The notes beneath the pieces are model-generated. The model searched no databases. It saw only the letters and a program-made list of their open reading frames with translations, and had not been told where the DNA came from. The position numbers were made by a program, and so were the translations under genes. 64,000 nucleotides of DNA from an uncultured Verrucomicrobiae bacterium (GTDB lineage Bacteria > Verrucomicrobiota > Verrucomicrobiia > Chthoniobacterales > JAFAMB01): positions 64,001 to 128,000 of the forward strand of contig CAVXLD010000012.1 of assembly GCA_963762565.1 (NCBI GenBank). Direction: 5' to 3'. Of this stretch, positions 62,459-64,000 are shown in pieces; the stretch's first letter is position 1; every line of letters starts with the position of its first letter.

Positions 62459-64000
62459 TTGCAATCACTTCGCTATCTTGTTAAGCGTGCCAACCTCGCT
62501 GCCCAGAGCTTTTTTTTGGCCGCCACGCTTGCTTGTTTAGTTTTCACTGCCGCCAATTTACCAGCACAAGACGCGCAAATCGTCGCTGACAATCTGGCTT
62601 ACAGCCGTGAGTTCTACTCCGGAGTACACTTCAGCGCGATAGCAACTCTGCCGAGTTCATTCGCCTACGACCGTTATCCAGACAAGGGAGCGGAGCGCAT
62701 CCGATGCGACGATGGAACATTTGCCCGCGAACAGTTGGGGCAACCTTGGTTGAAATCGACCGATTGGGGCCGGACAGGCTCGCCCGTGGATCGGGACACT
62801 ACCCAAAAGCTGGAAGGGTGGATCAAGTTAGTAAATGCGGCTTTCGAGCTAACTCCGGCTAACGTCAAGCTTTCGAAAAAATACGAAACGGATAATCGCG
62901 TACACTGGATCTTTGCTGCGCTGCCGCAAGATCCCAAGGGTTCTCTGACTCAATTCGACTTTGATAAGCGCATCTATGATCCAAACCAGAGCGTTTTGTT
63001 ACACGAATTCTCCGCATCACTCCGCCTGCAGGGAGGCAAAGTCGTGCCAAGCAGCGCGTCTGATTCAGTAAAACTAAGTTTCGGGTACCTGGTCCCGATT
63101 GGAGACGGTAACGAGCTTTCAGAGGCTGCCTGGGAGGATATGCAGCGACCGCAGGCGGGGGCGGCACCGTCGCTACCTAGTGAAGTCGAGATCGGGTCAA
63201 GCCCGAAGGATGCCCAGGGCTACGTGAAACGAGGCGACGTTAGAGGACAGTACGGCGACCTGGCCGGCGCCGTTGCAGATTACCTTCGCGCCATCAAGCT
63301 TGATGCTGATTCGGTGCCGGCGGCGAAGCTAGAGTCGGCCTATCATAATAGCGGTATTGTGAGATTCGAACTAGGTGCTTACGACGCGGCTATCGCGGAT
63401 CTCAGTCACGCGATCGAGATTAAACCGAACGACCAGGACCTTTTTAACGATCGCGGAGTATCGAAATGGAACAAGGGTGACCTCGAAGGTGCGATTGCTG
63501 ACTACAGTCAAGCGATCGCCATCAGTCCAAAGACCGCCGCTCGAGCCTACCGCAACCGCGCCCTTTTAAAGAGCGGCAAAGGCGATAAAGACGGCGCGAT
63601 TGCTGACTACAATCAGGCAATCGAGTTAGAGCCAAAAAATGCGAGTGCCTACAATAAGCGCGGCGAGCTTAAACGCGCTAAGGGTGATCTAGATGGGGCA
63701 ATCGCGGACTTTACTACAGCAATCGGCTTAGATCCGAAACTGGCGGTTGCTTACAAAAATCGTGGCGACGCAAAGCAGGGCAAAGGCGATACCGCTGGCG
63801 CGAAGGAAGACCTCCAGCGCGCCGAGGACGTGGATTCCGGAGTGGCAGAAGCGCCGCAAGCAACTCCGACACCGGCTGTGCAACTACCGGCCCCAGAAAA
63901 GGGAAAAGTGTACGGTTTCCAGGATTTAATGCTCCATGGCAGAGACCTCGCCGGCAAGGTGGTTCAAGTAGAAGTCCTGCCCAAGGTCGAACATAAAACG
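62459..64000 (+). CDS. Secreted TPR-repeat protein, truncated by the window end
   Basis: Frame appears open from TTG 62459 (GGAG upstream); signal-like N-terminus; about six TPRs such as AYRNRALLK..GDKDGAIADYNQAIELEP. Confidence 0.85.
   Translation, partial: MQSLRYLVKRANLAAQSFFLAATLACLVFTAANLPAQDAQIVADNLAYSREFYSGVHFSAIATLPSSFAYDRYPDKGAERIRCDDGTFAREQLGQPWLKSTDWGRTGSPVDRDTTQKLEGWIKLVNAAFELTPANVKLSKKYETDNRVHWIFAALPQDPKGSLTQFDFDKRIYDPNQSVLLHEFSASLRLQGGKVVPSSASDSVKLSFGYLVPIGDGNELSEAAWEDMQRPQAGAAPSLPSEVEIGSSPKDAQGYVKRGDVRGQYGDLAGAVADYLRAIKLDADSVPAAKLESAYHNSGIVRFELGAYDAAIADLSHAIEIKPNDQDLFNDRGVSKWNKGDLEGAIADYSQAIAISPKTAARAYRNRALLKSGKGDKDGAIADYNQAIELEPKNASAYNKRGELKRAKGDLDGAIADFTTAIGLDPKLAVAYKNRGDAKQGKGDTAGAKEDLQRAEDVDSGVAEAPQATPTPAVQLPAPEKGKVYGFQDLMLHGRDLAGKVVQVEVLPKVEHKT

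Noticed and set aside
62487..62540. Phase-variable poly-T frameshift at the start of the TPR gene
   Set aside because: An in-frame TTG at 62459 with an RBS reads through the T-run and gives a good signal peptide.

Overview
A 64-kb chromosomal window from a GC-rich bacterium. RecA, AlaS and the repeat style suggest a soil Verrucomicrobiota (Chthoniobacterales-like) genome, which is an inference. Bases 1-32.6 kb are mostly accessory carbohydrate and envelope genes. They include two Gfo/Idh/MocA + xylose-isomerase-like TIM-barrel pairs, a sugar ABC importer and a cupin / Tm-1-like (UPF0261) / TIM-barrel / inositol-monophosphatase cluster. They also include a fragmented secreted lectin-domain protein and an MscS-cNMP channel. 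The best candidate for an undescribed system is an 11-kb minus-strand glycosylation operon: ArnC-like GT2 fused to a response-regulator receiver domain, GT4, flippase-like protein, orphan membrane-fusion protein, TM-TPR protein, 1179-aa GT-C with two lectin-like domains, and a secreted alpha-toroid-like protein. Bases 32.9-64 kb are mostly housekeeping: ribD, phoU, gltA, sucCD, ArfB-like factor, ribE, trxB, clpP, MBOAT+SGNH, two Hsp20 genes with a sigma54-type promoter, qor, recA, alaS and tRNA-Val(GAC). Intergenic regions hold at least six families of palindromic miniature elements, some nested inside one another. One encloses a four-helix-bundle gene remnant, and a decayed GIY-YIG gene lies beside the tRNA. 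Frameshifts cluster at 13.35, 20.9-23.4, 25.6 and 28.2-31.3 kb and may be assembly errors. No CRISPR array, rRNA, transposase or integrase was seen. All family assignments come from motif recognition, not database searches.
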